Shown: positions 39,238 to 48,512 of the stretch, in pieces | How positions within the stretch are numbered: the stretch's first letter is position 1 | Layout of the letters: each line of letters starts with the position of its first letter | Assembly: GCA_009780245.1 (NCBI GenBank) | Contig: WRAJ01000002.1 | Span: 50,988 to 114,987 of the forward strand | Origin: Turicibacter sp. | GTDB taxonomy: Bacteria > Bacillota_I > Bacilli_A > MOL361 > Turicibacteraceae | Direction: 5' to 3' | Length of the DNA stretch: 64,000 bases | The notes under the pieces: generated by a model | What the model was told of the DNA's origin: nothing | Seen by the model: the letters and a program-made list of their open reading frames with translations, nothing else | The model's database searches: none | Program-made: the position numbers and the translations under genes

Positions 39238-39816
39238 CTACAAAACCCCTTTCGTCGAAGGCAGGCGCTCATCAACCACCTTCACCGCTTCCCGCACCGC
39301 ACGACCGAACGCTTTAAACAAAGCTTCCACTTTATGATGATCGTTATCGCCGTACAAGACTGCCATATGCAAATTCATCTTCGCTTCGTTGCTAATCGAT
39401 TTAAAAAATTCTTGCACGTTCTGCGTATCAAGTGTCCCTAACCGATCGCGTTGCAAATCGACTTGATAAACAAAAGCCGGTCGGCCGCTAAAATCAATGA
39501 CAACTCGGGCCAACGTTTCATCCATGGGCACATACGAAGTCCCGTAACGATTGATTCCTACTTTGTCCCCAAGCGCCTCAAGCAGTGCCGCCGCTAACGC
39601 CAAGCCAACGTCTTCGACCGTGTGATGACAGTCCACTTCCAAGTCCCCTCGGCACGTCACCTCCAAGTCAATCCCACTATGAAACGAAAACGCCGTGAGC
39701 ATGTGGTCGAAAAAACCAACACCCGTGTTTATCTTACTTTGACCCGTCCCGTCTAAATTCAACGTTAAGGCGATATCTGTTTCCTTCGTTTTTCTGTTAA
39801 TCGTTGCACATCTCAT
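39238..39816 (-). CDS. hisB: Imidazoleglycerol-phosphate dehydratase
   Basis: RKTKETDI...DCHHTVEDVGLAL...NDHHKVEALFKAFGRA. Start moved to MRCATINRKT (AAAGGTGG RBS upstream). Confidence 0.9.
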   Translation of the reverse strand: MRCATINRKTKETDIALTLNLDGTGQSKINTGVGFFDHMLTAFSFHSGIDLEVTCRGDLEVDCHHTVEDVGLALAAALLEALGDKVGINRYGTSYVPMDETLARVVIDFSGRPAFVYQVDLQRDRLGTLDTQNVQEFFKSISNEAKMNLHMAVLYGDNDHHKVEALFKAFGRAVREAVKVVDERLPSTKGVL

Positions 39817-39853
39817 CAAACAACCACCTTTCATTCTTCATCTGCATCGAGCA

Positions 39854-39953
39854 TTTCCCTATGCCCCTCCTTAAATACGGGGCTATAGGGAATTTTTTCC
39901 CTACACACCCCCTGAAAATCAAGGTCGTAGGGAAATTTTTCCCTATACCCCCC
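39854..39953 (-). repeat. 42-bp tandem repeat (2.4 copies), each unit carrying a TAGGGAA/TTCCCTA hairpin, in the hisD-hisB intercistronic gap
   Basis: TTTCCCTA[TC][GA]C.CC motif at 39854, 39896 and 39938, an exact 42-nt period. Hairpins TAGGGAAttttTTCCCTA (39885-39902) and TAGGGAAattTTTCCCTA (39928-39945). Confidence 0.75.
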
Positions 39954-39954
39954 A

Positions 39955-41259
39955 TTATTTCGTACACAATAGGGAATCCTCCTCTTCAAATCTAATACTA
40001 ACCGCGTCGCGGTGGGCGTACAACCCTTCGGCATCGGCGATCAACTCAATATGGGGGCGCGCTGCTGCCAATGCCTCCCGGCTGTAATACACCACCGACG
40101 TTTTCTTCTGAAAGTCGTTCACATTAAGCGGGGAAGAAAATCGCGCTGTTGCATTGGTTGGCAACGTGTGATTCGTCCCGGCATAGTAATCCCCGACCGA
40201 CTCCGGCGTGTATGCACCTAAGAAAATCGCCCCCGCGTGCCTGATCTGCGGGTAAATATCCAAAGCGTCAGCGGTAAAAATCTCCAAATGCTCAGGCGCA
40301 ATTGTATTGACTAACGCAATCCCAGCTTCCATCGTATCCACCACAATAATCGCCCCATAATCTTTAAAAGCAGCTGTGATAATATCTCGGCGCGGTTGGG
40401 CAGCGACCATTTCTGGCGCAAGCCTAGCGACCTCTTTCGCGATTTTTTCTGAAGTGGTAATCACAATCCCGGATGCCATTTCATCGTGCTCCGCTTGCGC
40501 CATCAAATCAGCTACGATATACGCTGGTGTAGCCGTCTCGTCGGCTAAAACAACCACTTCCGACGGCCCTGCAATCATATCAATGCCGACAACCCCCGAT
40601 ACCAAGTTCTTCGCCATCGCGACGTACGCATTACCCGGGCCGACAATCTTATCAACCTTTACCACCGTCTCAGTCCCATAAGCTAAAGCCGCAATCGATT
40701 GTGCCCCACCCATTTTCAGCACCCGCGTCACACCTGCAAGCTTTGCCGCGACCAGCAAGCTACTCTGAATGTTCCCATTCGCATCAGGGGGCGTGACCAT
40801 CGTAATATCTGCCACCCCCGCAATTTTAGCTGGCACAACGTTCATCAACACCGTTGACGGATAAGCCGCCTTACCGCCGGGCACGTAAACCCCGGCGCGT
40901 TCAATGGGACTGACAATTTGCTTCAGCATCTTTTCCTCATCCTGAATCGCGTAGCCTTCTTGCAGCTGTAACCGATGATAAGCCTCAATGTTCGCTTTCG
41001 CTGCTTCTAAAGCCGCGACTAGCTGTTCGTCGATGTCGGCAAAAGCGGCATCAAACTCGCTTTGGGTTACTTCAAAATCAGTGATAGCGACCTTATCGAA
41101 CCGTTCTGTGTAACGCTTAACCGCAGCATCACCTTCCGCTCTAACAGCAGCTAAAATACCTTTCGTCTGCTGTTCAATCTCACTCGTCTCCGAAATCGCA
41201 CGATTCAAAATACGCGTTAACTCGGCACTCGCTTTATTCCCATGAATAATCTGTAGCAT
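39955..41259 (-). CDS. hisD: Histidinol dehydrogenase
   Basis: 434 aa, typical HisD sequence. Start set at MLQIIHG (GTGAGG 9 nt upstream); overlaps the hisG end. Confidence 0.9.
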   Translation of the reverse strand: MLQIIHGNKASAELTRILNRAISETSEIEQQTKGILAAVRAEGDAAVKRYTERFDKVAITDFEVTQSEFDAAFADIDEQLVAALEAAKANIEAYHRLQLQEGYAIQDEEKMLKQIVSPIERAGVYVPGGKAAYPSTVLMNVVPAKIAGVADITMVTPPDANGNIQSSLLVAAKLAGVTRVLKMGGAQSIAALAYGTETVVKVDKIVGPGNAYVAMAKNLVSGVVGIDMIAGPSEVVVLADETATPAYIVADLMAQAEHDEMASGIVITTSEKIAKEVARLAPEMVAAQPRRDIITAAFKDYGAIIVVDTMEAGIALVNTIAPEHLEIFTADALDIYPQIRHAGAIFLGAYTPESVGDYYAGTNHTLPTNATARFSSPLNVNDFQKKTSVVYYSREALAAARPHIELIADAEGLYAHRDAVSIRFEEEDSLLCTK

Positions 41260-41884
41260 TATCATCAACCTCACTTTCTACGGCAGCTAAGAACGTCTGA
41301 ATTTTCTCGTGGCAAAACTGATAACTCGTCCGATTCCCAATGATTTTCGCTTGGATATCAAACATTTTTTCCAGTACGACCAAGCCATTTTCCTTCAACG
41401 TACCACCGGTTTCAACTAAATCGACGATGCAGTCGGACATGTTCATCAGCGGTGCCAATTCAACCGATCCATTCAAATACGTCGTTTCTATCTCGCGTTT
41501 CCCTGCAAAATACTTCTTCGTAATATTCGGAAACTTCGTAGCAATTTTCAACACCTTCTCCGGGCCGTAAAGCTCCGTCCCAGGAAAACCTGCCACCGCA
41601 AACGCACAAATCCCAAACTGCAAATCAAGCAGCTCATACACGTCCAAATCTTGCTCAAGGATAATATCCTTCCCGACCACCCCAATATCAGCGACCCCTT
41701 TATCCACATAAGTCACCACGTCAACGGGTTTCACAAGCAAATACTCAATCCCGTCTTTTTCATCGCGAAACACAAGCTTGCGACTATTCATGTCCACCGC
41801 TTCTGCCATGCCCGCTTGTCGTAGCCTTGCCAAGGTGTCTTTTGCTAAACGCCCTTTCGCTAAGGCGACCGTTAAATATGCCAT
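41234..41884 (-). CDS. hisG: ATP phosphoribosyltransferase, short (HisZ-dependent) form
   Basis: MAYLTVALAKGRLAKDT..., about 216 aa. Start moved from 41917. Confidence 0.9.
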   Translation of the reverse strand: MAYLTVALAKGRLAKDTLARLRQAGMAEAVDMNSRKLVFRDEKDGIEYLLVKPVDVVTYVDKGVADIGVVGKDIILEQDLDVYELLDLQFGICAFAVAGFPGTELYGPEKVLKIATKFPNITKKYFAGKREIETTYLNGSVELAPLMNMSDCIVDLVETGGTLKENGLVVLEKMFDIQAKIIGNRTSYQFCHEKIQTFLAAVESEVDDNATDYSWE

Positions 41885-42762
41885 GCTGAACCCTCCTCTT
41901 TTTGCGCGGTTAACCACTGATCAACGTCGATGGAAAACCCGATGGCATTGCCTGCATACCGCCCACCCGAAAGCACAGCATGCGGAACGTTGCGGTAATA
42001 CCCTTTAAAGATGATCCCATCGTAATAAGTCAACTCACTCGCCATCGAAGGATCAAAAATCACCACTTGATCAAAATCATTCAAATAAGCCAGCTCTGCC
42101 AACGTCTCAATCAACAAATCACCAATAGCAAAGCGTTGCAGCCGCGTCACCACTTCTTTGTACGACCCACGCAGATTAAACAACTGCGGCAAAATAGCTT
42201 GCACCCCCTCAGGCAGATCATGAAGCTTTCCGAATTTTACCAGCTCTTCCCGATTTTTAATGTAAACGAGCTTCCGAAACACCTTCTCTTTCTGAGGATC
42301 GAGTGCGCAAAGCTGTAAAATCTGATTGAGAAACTGCGTTGTCCCAACCTCAAATACCGTGGGAACGTCTTGTAAATAAGCAATCGCTAAGCTAAGCACA
42401 TCCCTTTCGCACTGACCATCGATCACACCAAGGTATTCCATCCCAAACTGGTTAATGGCCTTAATGTCCCCATCGAGTAGCCGATAAACCGTCGATTGAT
42501 AGAACACTTTCAAGACATCTTTCGCCGGCACATTCGGTCGAACCTGATTCATAATGATGGTGGTGATATCGGGTCGCAGCAAATTAAATTTTTGTCCATT
42601 AATGACCGTCACTAATTGCTCTCGCTTCACTTCACTGCTCATCGCGTCAAAGTCGTCGTAATGTTCAAACAACGACGGCTCATACGGGAGATACCCAGCA
42701 GCAAGGGCAAAGTCCTCCATCTTCCTTTTCATTTGGTAATCCTTTAATACACGGTTGTTCAT
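41872..42762 (-). CDS. hisZ: ATP phosphoribosyltransferase regulatory subunit (HisRS paralog)
   Basis: 296 aa. First gene of the operon, overlaps the hisG start. Class-II aaRS-like core without an anticodon domain. Confidence 0.8.
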   Translation of the reverse strand: MNNRVLKDYQMKRKMEDFALAAGYLPYEPSLFEHYDDFDAMSSEVKREQLVTVINGQKFNLLRPDITTIIMNQVRPNVPAKDVLKVFYQSTVYRLLDGDIKAINQFGMEYLGVIDGQCERDVLSLAIAYLQDVPTVFEVGTTQFLNQILQLCALDPQKEKVFRKLVYIKNREELVKFGKLHDLPEGVQAILPQLFNLRGSYKEVVTRLQRFAIGDLLIETLAELAYLNDFDQVVIFDPSMASELTYYDGIIFKGYYRNVPHAVLSGGRYAGNAIGFSIDVDQWLTAQKEEGSAWHI

Positions 42763-42795
42763 CGCTGACCAACTCCCTTTTGTAAATTCTAGATA

Positions 42796-42832
42796 TAGAA
42801 AAAGCCAGACAAACTGCGGTGCTTGTCTGGCT
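42796..42832 (-). terminator. Attenuator terminator in the his leader
   Basis: Minus-strand read: AGCCAGACAAgcaccgcagTTTGTCTGGCTTTTTCTATAT, ending about 35 nt before the hisZ start. Confidence 0.7.
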
Positions 42833-42907
42833 TAGAAATCATCAGCTAACACAGTCACCTTTTTCATTTATGAGAAAATAGGCTTGCATTAGTAAACTAA
42901 TTCAAAC

Positions 42908-42955
42908 CTAGCATAAATGATGGTGATGTGTGGTTGTTAGCAGAAATGATTTCAT
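42908..42955 (-). CDS. his operon leader peptide (15 aa, 4 consecutive His codons)
   Basis: ATG AAA TCA TTT CTG CTA ACA ACC ACA CAT CAC CAT CAT TTA TGC TAG = MKSFLLTTTHHHHLC. GAAGGAG RBS 10 nt upstream. Lies between the promoter and the terminator. Confidence 0.65.
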   Translation of the reverse strand: MKSFLLTTTHHHHLC

Positions 42956-42991
42956 TATTAATGAGCTCCTTCAAAAAAGTTATTTCTAAGT

Positions 42992-43019
42992 ATTATACAG
43001 GTTTTGTTGCAAAATGCAA
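42992..43019 (-). promoter_or_regulatory. Sigma-A type promoter of the his operon (TTGCAT-16-TATAAT)
   Basis: Minus-strand read: TTGCATtttgcaacaaaacctgTATAAT, about 35 nt upstream of the leader ORF. Confidence 0.55.
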
Positions 43020-43132
43020 CCTTAAATTTGAAATTTTATTGAAATAATCACACTAAAAGCTCGGCGAAACTCATTTCGCTCTTTGAAGAACGTGCATATA
43101 CTAAAGCAATAAGACATTGAAATAATGGGGGA

Positions 43133-43549
43133 ATGATGATGGCTGGGTTTTTAATCATGTTAAAAATTTTATCTGCAGGCATCGGTGTTTTTTTTAGCTG
43201 GTTTTTTGGTAGTGTGGATATGATGATTTACGTACTTGTCGTGTTAATCGTGGTGGATTACATCAGCGATGTGATGAAAGGTGTCATTACCAAACAGTTA
43301 AGCAGCGCCGCTGGGACACAGGCAATTTTTCAGAAGATTTTGATTATTTTGCTAGTCGGTGTTTCGAATATCATTGATATTTATCTGATTCGCAGCGAAA
43401 ACGCGCCTTTAAGAACCGCCGTCACGTTCTTTTACATCGCCAATCAGGGCTTGTCGTTGATTGAAAACGCAGCGATCATCGGGTTGCCGGTACCCGAATC
43501 GTTGAAAGAATCTTTATTGAAACTGCAGAAGGGGAAAAAGGATGCTTAA
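43133..43549 (+). CDS. Phage-holin family protein (Holin_4 / LL-H / TcdE-like), standalone
   Basis: 138 aa, 3-4 TM. ...VLIVVDYISDVMKGVITKQLSS..G.QAIFQKILI...FYIANQGLSLIENAAIIGLPVP..L, typical of this holin family. No endolysin or other phage gene nearby. Confidence 0.7.
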   Translation: MMMAGFLIMLKILSAGIGVFFSWFFGSVDMMIYVLVVLIVVDYISDVMKGVITKQLSSAAGTQAIFQKILIILLVGVSNIIDIYLIRSENAPLRTAVTFFYIANQGLSLIENAAIIGLPVPESLKESLLKLQKGKKDA

Positions 43550-43559
43550 AGGTATCACA

Positions 43560-43588
43560 CTGTCTAGAACTCTCTCTAGGCAGTTTTT
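43560..43588 (+). terminator. Intrinsic terminator after the holin gene
   Basis: CTGTCTAGA-actc-TCTAGGCAG followed by TTTTTT. Confidence 0.6.
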
Positions 43589-43604
43589 TATTGCTTGCTT
43601 TACC

Positions 43605-44765
43605 CTATTCGCCCCAAAACGCTTGGGCAATTTTTTGACCTTGGGCAATTTTTTTCCACTGCTCGTCTTCGGTCAGCTCGTTACCATGGTCCGTCGAAGC
43701 AAAGCCACATTGATGAGAAAGCAGCAGGCGTTCTTTCGGAATGAGGGTTGCTGCTTCGTTCAACGCGTTCAACACACGTTCTTCATCGTCTAACGTATTT
43801 GTTTTACTTGATAACAGTCCCAATACGACTTCCGCTTCCTTATCTTTGAATACCTCCAGTGCCTTTAACGACCCTGCTCGCTCATCATCCCATTCCAAGA
43901 AGAAACGATCGTAATTCTGCTGCCCTAAGAATAGATCGGAAATTTTTTCATACGACCCGGTTGACATGTGGCGCGAACGGTAGTTACCGCGGCAGTTATG
44001 GGTCCATACTTTTAAGCCTTGCGCTTTCGCAAACGCGATCAGTTCATTGTTATAAGCGATAAACTCCTCCGCAAGTGCTAGCGTGTTTATGTCCGCGTTT
44101 TCGTGAAAAGGTGAAGCCGGGTTATCGTCTGCAAACATCGCCCAACGACAATCGTCTAATTGTAAAATCTGACCGCCAGCTTGGGCATATTCTAGCACAA
44201 AATCTTTGTAGGCTGAGATTAAATCCTCTTTTAACGTTTGCTCGATGTCATACGCTGCCTCATAGTTGAAGTTAGGGTGCCAAATGAAATCAAAATAAAC
44301 GTGTGACGGCGATGGAATGCAGATTTTGATGGCCTGGTCATCCCCTGCCGCTGCTTTGATTTTTTTGAAAATTTCCACAAAATGGTGGTGATGGCCATTC
44401 AATTTGCCAATCACTTTAATCCCCATATCGCGCCTTGTTTCAAAGGCTTTCTGACCGTCTTTTTCTTTGAAAATCATCCCTTTATCCGCAATGTAGCGCT
44501 GAATGCCGGTTAACCCCCACAAAAAATCTAAATGCCAGATGGACTTTGAAAATTCACCGTCAGAGATCACGGCTAATTCGGCAGCTATTTGCTTTTTCAC
44601 CACGTCGTTAATCGCTTCGTGTTCCACGGTTTCGTAGCCTTCGAAATCCGTGTAAAAAGGGTAGATAATGTCTTCTCTTTCCTCGATTTTTCTTTTATAC
44701 GTCAACAATTCATCTGGTCTTAATAAACTCCCCACAATGTCGAATCTTTTACTCATTTTGATCAC
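43605..44765 (-). CDS. MetE C-terminal-domain-like methyltransferase (YxjG/YxjH-type cobalamin-independent methionine synthase family)
   Basis: 386 aa. FDIVGSLLRP N-terminus, C-terminal ...SHQCGFAS. Last gene of the S-box operon. Confidence 0.75.
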   Translation of the reverse strand: MIKMSKRFDIVGSLLRPDELLTYKRKIEEREDIIYPFYTDFEGYETVEHEAINDVVKKQIAAELAVISDGEFSKSIWHLDFLWGLTGIQRYIADKGMIFKEKDGQKAFETRRDMGIKVIGKLNGHHHHFVEIFKKIKAAAGDDQAIKICIPSPSHVYFDFIWHPNFNYEAAYDIEQTLKEDLISAYKDFVLEYAQAGGQILQLDDCRWAMFADDNPASPFHENADINTLALAEEFIAYNNELIAFAKAQGLKVWTHNCRGNYRSRHMSTGSYEKISDLFLGQQNYDRFFLEWDDERAGSLKALEVFKDKEAEVVLGLLSSKTNTLDDEERVLNALNEAATLIPKERLLLSHQCGFASTDHGNELTEDEQWKKIAQGQKIAQAFWGE

Positions 44766-44773
44766 TCCTAGTA

Positions 44774-46249
44774 TTAATCGATAACCGCCATTACAAGCGG
44801 GATCATGGCAAACAAGACGATGCTAGCCAAGGTGATAAACAACAAATTAATTTTAGCTACTTCTCTTACTTTAATGTGGTTAGGCCCGTAAAAGATAGGC
44901 GCTGTAATCGTTGCAGCGGGGGTTAAAGCGGTAATCCCGGCGGCAAATGACACCAACACGGAATACACCACAGGGCTAATGGCATGGTCTGAAAAAATGG
45001 CCACGCCGAGCGAAACAAAGACGGTGATCACAACCGTGGTGGAGATGAAGTTCGTGATTATTACGGCAATGATTAACAAGGCACTTAATAACAGAAAAGG
45101 CGTTAAGCCATCGGTTAGAGGCGACAATAAATGTTGCATCCACGGGATGATGCCCGTTTCATCAGCCGACAGTGGAACCCCCATGATGACGACCACCGAA
45201 ACAAACAACAACAGGTTAATCGGAATTTTTTTAGCCACTTGCGCGAATGCCATGACGGGTACCCATTGTTCTTTTTCTTTATCCTTTACTTGGATGATGC
45301 AAAGAGCCACTATCGTTACAATCGCTGGTACGATCACGCCTAATTGCACCAAATAAGTGGAAACACCTGTGAATAGATGCAAGATCAGAAAGATTTCAGG
45401 TAAGAGAATGAATAAGATTAACCCAATCATGGCGCATAGCGAGACTCGTCCTGCTGTGCTTAACGGAAGTTCAGCTTGCTGGCTGTTTAACACGTCCAAA
45501 TTTTTGAGCGCCTCTGTATTCGGATTGGCAATTCTAATGCAAAGCATGATAATAACAAACATCCCTGCTTTGAACGGCATCCCCACCATTAACCATTGCG
45601 CATACGTGATTTGAATGCCGAAATTGGCGTAAACGAGTCCGATAAGAATGTTTGGTAACGATTTGGCGATGGGCGAAGAAATGCTTAGCACAACGTTGCC
45701 CCAAAAGGTTCCCAGCATCAAGCACGTGTAAAGGCTATCGCCTTTTTTGACCCCAAGGCGCTCACAAATTTGCCTAGTTAGGGCGACAAAGATCACAGCT
45801 AGCGCTAAGTTTTGCATGAAAATCCCAATGATCAAATTGGAAGCCACGTACATCCCGATAAACGCATAAGGCCTACCTTGCACAAATTTTCTTGTGATAA
45901 ACCAGTTGGCGATTTTCTCAATCACCCCGTTTTCGTTTAAGCATTCACTGATAATGGAAAAAGTGAGCACCAACATGATAGAAAAATGTCCCAGTGAACC
46001 TGCCCATACTTGATTCGGGGACATGATGCCCGTCATCACTAGTAAAGCTAAGAATAGCAAGGACACCCAGTGCGTGTTGACAAATAGCCACATGTAAATA
46101 GTCGGTGCTACAATGGCGAGGAGCATCACACCTTCCCTCGTTAACCCGTTAGCGGGTGCAAGGCCTAGCAGGATGGTGAAGCCAATGCCCGCTGCGATTA
46201 AAAGGTGTCCGTATTCTTTGAAATGAGGTGATAGCTTCGACTTATTCAT
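44774..46249 (-). CDS. Polytopic anion-permease-type transporter (SLC13/DASS or related ArsB/NhaD superfamily)
   Basis: 491 aa, more than 10 TM. Embedded in the methionine operon. Family assignment is tentative. Confidence 0.5.
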   Translation of the reverse strand: MNKSKLSPHFKEYGHLLIAAGIGFTILLGLAPANGLTREGVMLLAIVAPTIYMWLFVNTHWVSLLFLALLVMTGIMSPNQVWAGSLGHFSIMLVLTFSIISECLNENGVIEKIANWFITRKFVQGRPYAFIGMYVASNLIIGIFMQNLALAVIFVALTRQICERLGVKKGDSLYTCLMLGTFWGNVVLSISSPIAKSLPNILIGLVYANFGIQITYAQWLMVGMPFKAGMFVIIMLCIRIANPNTEALKNLDVLNSQQAELPLSTAGRVSLCAMIGLILFILLPEIFLILHLFTGVSTYLVQLGVIVPAIVTIVALCIIQVKDKEKEQWVPVMAFAQVAKKIPINLLLFVSVVVIMGVPLSADETGIIPWMQHLLSPLTDGLTPFLLLSALLIIAVIITNFISTTVVITVFVSLGVAIFSDHAISPVVYSVLVSFAAGITALTPAATITAPIFYGPNHIKVREVAKINLLFITLASIVLFAMIPLVMAVID

Positions 46250-46280
46250 GGTAAGCCTCCTTTTGGTTGATTTGACTATC

Positions 46281-47390
46281 CTATTTTATTTGTTCCAACG
46301 CTTGCGCGAGGTCCGCGATGAGATCATCCGGGTTTTCAAGCCCGACGGATAACCTTAGCAAGCTATCGCTAATGCCTCGTTTATCGCGTTCCTCTTTAGG
46401 CATGGAAGCATGGGACATTTTGGCAGGGTACGACAAAATAGATTCCACCCCGCCTAAACTCACCGCAAAGGCCGGAATTTGCAAGTGTTCGTGACAAATT
46501 TTCAAAGCGGCGACGTCTGCCAATTCAAACGACAAAACGGCACCCATTCCCGGATAATAAACCTGCTTAACCTCCGGATGACCACTTAAATAATCAGCAA
46601 TTTTCGCAGCAGAACGACTCGAAGCTTCCAATCTCACATGCAACGTCTTGATTCCCCTCATCACCAACCAGCAATCATGAGGCCCCAGAACCGCGCCGAA
46701 GGCATTTTGCAAAACGTACAACCGCTCTGCTAAAGCCTCGTCCTTAACAACGGCAAGACCGGCTACGACATCGCTATGTCCACCTAAAAACTTGGTTGCA
46801 CTATGAAGAATAACGTCTGCCCCAAGCGCTAACGGTTGTTGCAGGGCGGGGGTTAAAAACGTGTTATCAACAAACGTGATGGCACCAACTTCTTTGGCAA
46901 TCGCCGTCACAGCTTGAATATCGGTCACTTTTAACGTTGGATTGGAAGGTGTTTCTAAATAAAAGGCTTTGGTATTCGGTCGAGCGGCTGATTTAACCTG
47001 CTCCAAATTCGTCATATCAACAAACGTATGCGCAATACCTAAGCGGTTTAGCACTTTAGTCAGGATCCGGTACGTCCCTCCGTAAACGTCTTCTGTCACA
47101 AGGATATGATCGCCCGCTGACAAGAGCAAAAGCGCCGTTGAAATCGCCGCCATACCGGATGAGAAAGCAAAGCCACGAGTGCCGCCTTCCAGTTCAGCGA
47201 TGATCTCTTCTAAAGCACGACGCGTTGGGTTATCGCTACGTGCATAATCGTATTCGCCAAAGCTGTCGATGTCACATTGATGAAACGTTGAAGCGTTTTG
47301 AATCGGAACGGATACCCCACCGGTTGTAGCGTCCCATTTATACTTGTTATGAAGTAATTTCGTTTGAAACGTGTAGTTATCCGTAGACAT
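46281..47390 (-). CDS. metC: Cystathionine beta-lyase (Cys/Met-metabolism PLP enzyme)
   Basis: 369 aa. ...HSATKFLGGHSDV... PLP-lysine motif. Second of two tandem paralogs, as in the B. subtilis metI-metC pair. Confidence 0.75.
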   Translation of the reverse strand: MSTDNYTFQTKLLHNKYKWDATTGGVSVPIQNASTFHQCDIDSFGEYDYARSDNPTRRALEEIIAELEGGTRGFAFSSGMAAISTALLLLSAGDHILVTEDVYGGTYRILTKVLNRLGIAHTFVDMTNLEQVKSAARPNTKAFYLETPSNPTLKVTDIQAVTAIAKEVGAITFVDNTFLTPALQQPLALGADVILHSATKFLGGHSDVVAGLAVVKDEALAERLYVLQNAFGAVLGPHDCWLVMRGIKTLHVRLEASSRSAAKIADYLSGHPEVKQVYYPGMGAVLSFELADVAALKICHEHLQIPAFAVSLGGVESILSYPAKMSHASMPKEERDKRGISDSLLRLSVGLENPDDLIADLAQALEQIK

Positions 47391-48502
47391 TACCCTTCAC
47401 CTCCTGCTTTTTGAAACGCTTGTTCTAAATCGGCGATTAAATCATCCGTATCTTCAATGCCGACCGAAAATCTAAGGAGCCGGTCACAAATACCAATGGC
47501 TAATCGAATCTCTTCTGGAATGTCCGCGTGAGTTTGGGTAGCGGGATAAGTAATGAAGCTTTCGGTTCCCCCTAGACTTTCAGCAAACGTGATGAGGCCC
47601 AGGCTTTTTAAGAAGCCGTCAACCCCCTTGGCATCCGCGATTTTAAACGAAACCATCGCCCCTTTCTCAGGATAAAACACATCGGTGATAAACGGGTGTT
47701 CTCGCAAATAAGCGACCAATTTTTTAGCATTCGCACTTTGCTGCGTCAACCTGAGCGCCAACGTCTTCATCCCGCGCATTAACAGCCACGAATCAAAAGG
47801 CGAAAGCACAGCACCCGCCCCATTGTGAAACTGAGAAATCGCCTCGCCCAACGCCTCCCCCTTCGTCACGATCAGCCCAGCTAACACATCGTTATGACCA
47901 CCTAAATATTTGGTCGCACTATGAATGACAACGTCCGCCCCTTCTTCAATCGGACGCTGAAAAAAAGGCGTATAAAACGTGTTGTCAACCATTAAGATCA
48001 GATTCCGCTCTTTCGTCAGGTTCGCAATCGCAGCGATGTCCGATTCAATCATCATCGGATTGGTCGGCGTTTCCACGAAGACCCCCTTAGTCTCTGGGGT
48101 AAGCGCCGCTTTGATTTGCGATAAATCACTCGTATCCACATAGGTTGCCGTCATGTGCCAACGCTTAAACGTGGTCTCAAGCAGCCGATAAGTCCCGCCA
48201 TATAAATCATTACTCACGATAAGGTGATCGCCCGATGAAAAAAGAGAGAGTACCGTTTGAATCGCTGCCATGCCACTGCTACACGCAAACCCCCTATCGC
48301 CGCCTTCCAAGTCAGCAATGGTCGCTTCTAATAAAGCTCTTGTGGGGTTTTTCGTTCTCGTGTAATCGTAGCCGGTGGAATGACCCAGCTCGTTGTGGCT
48401 ATACGCCGTTGAAAAATAAACGGGGGGATTGACAGCGCCAGTAGTTTGACAGCTACGATTGCCGATTTGTGCTAATTTTGATGCGAATGCTAATTTTGCC
48501 AT
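47390..48502 (-). CDS. metI: Cystathionine gamma-synthase / O-acetylhomoserine thiolyase
   Basis: 370 aa. ...HSATKYLGGHNDV... motif. Stop overlaps the metC start. Confidence 0.75.
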   Translation of the reverse strand: MAKLAFASKLAQIGNRSCQTTGAVNPPVYFSTAYSHNELGHSTGYDYTRTKNPTRALLEATIADLEGGDRGFACSSGMAAIQTVLSLFSSGDHLIVSNDLYGGTYRLLETTFKRWHMTATYVDTSDLSQIKAALTPETKGVFVETPTNPMMIESDIAAIANLTKERNLILMVDNTFYTPFFQRPIEEGADVVIHSATKYLGGHNDVLAGLIVTKGEALGEAISQFHNGAGAVLSPFDSWLLMRGMKTLALRLTQQSANAKKLVAYLREHPFITDVFYPEKGAMVSFKIADAKGVDGFLKSLGLITFAESLGGTESFITYPATQTHADIPEEIRLAIGICDRLLRFSVGIEDTDDLIADLEQAFQKAGGEG

Positions 48503-48512
48503 GTTGCTTCAC

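Noticed and set aside
39854-39953. Possible CRISPR array
   Set aside because: Only 2.4 units of 42 bp with no unique spacers between repeats, located inside an operon, and no cas genes in the window.
39831-40034. 67-aa ORF spanning the hisD-hisB gap
   Set aside because: Its sequence (…REKFPYDLDFQGVCREKIPY…) is just a translation of the 42-bp tandem repeat. It has no RBS and overlaps the hisD 3-prime end.
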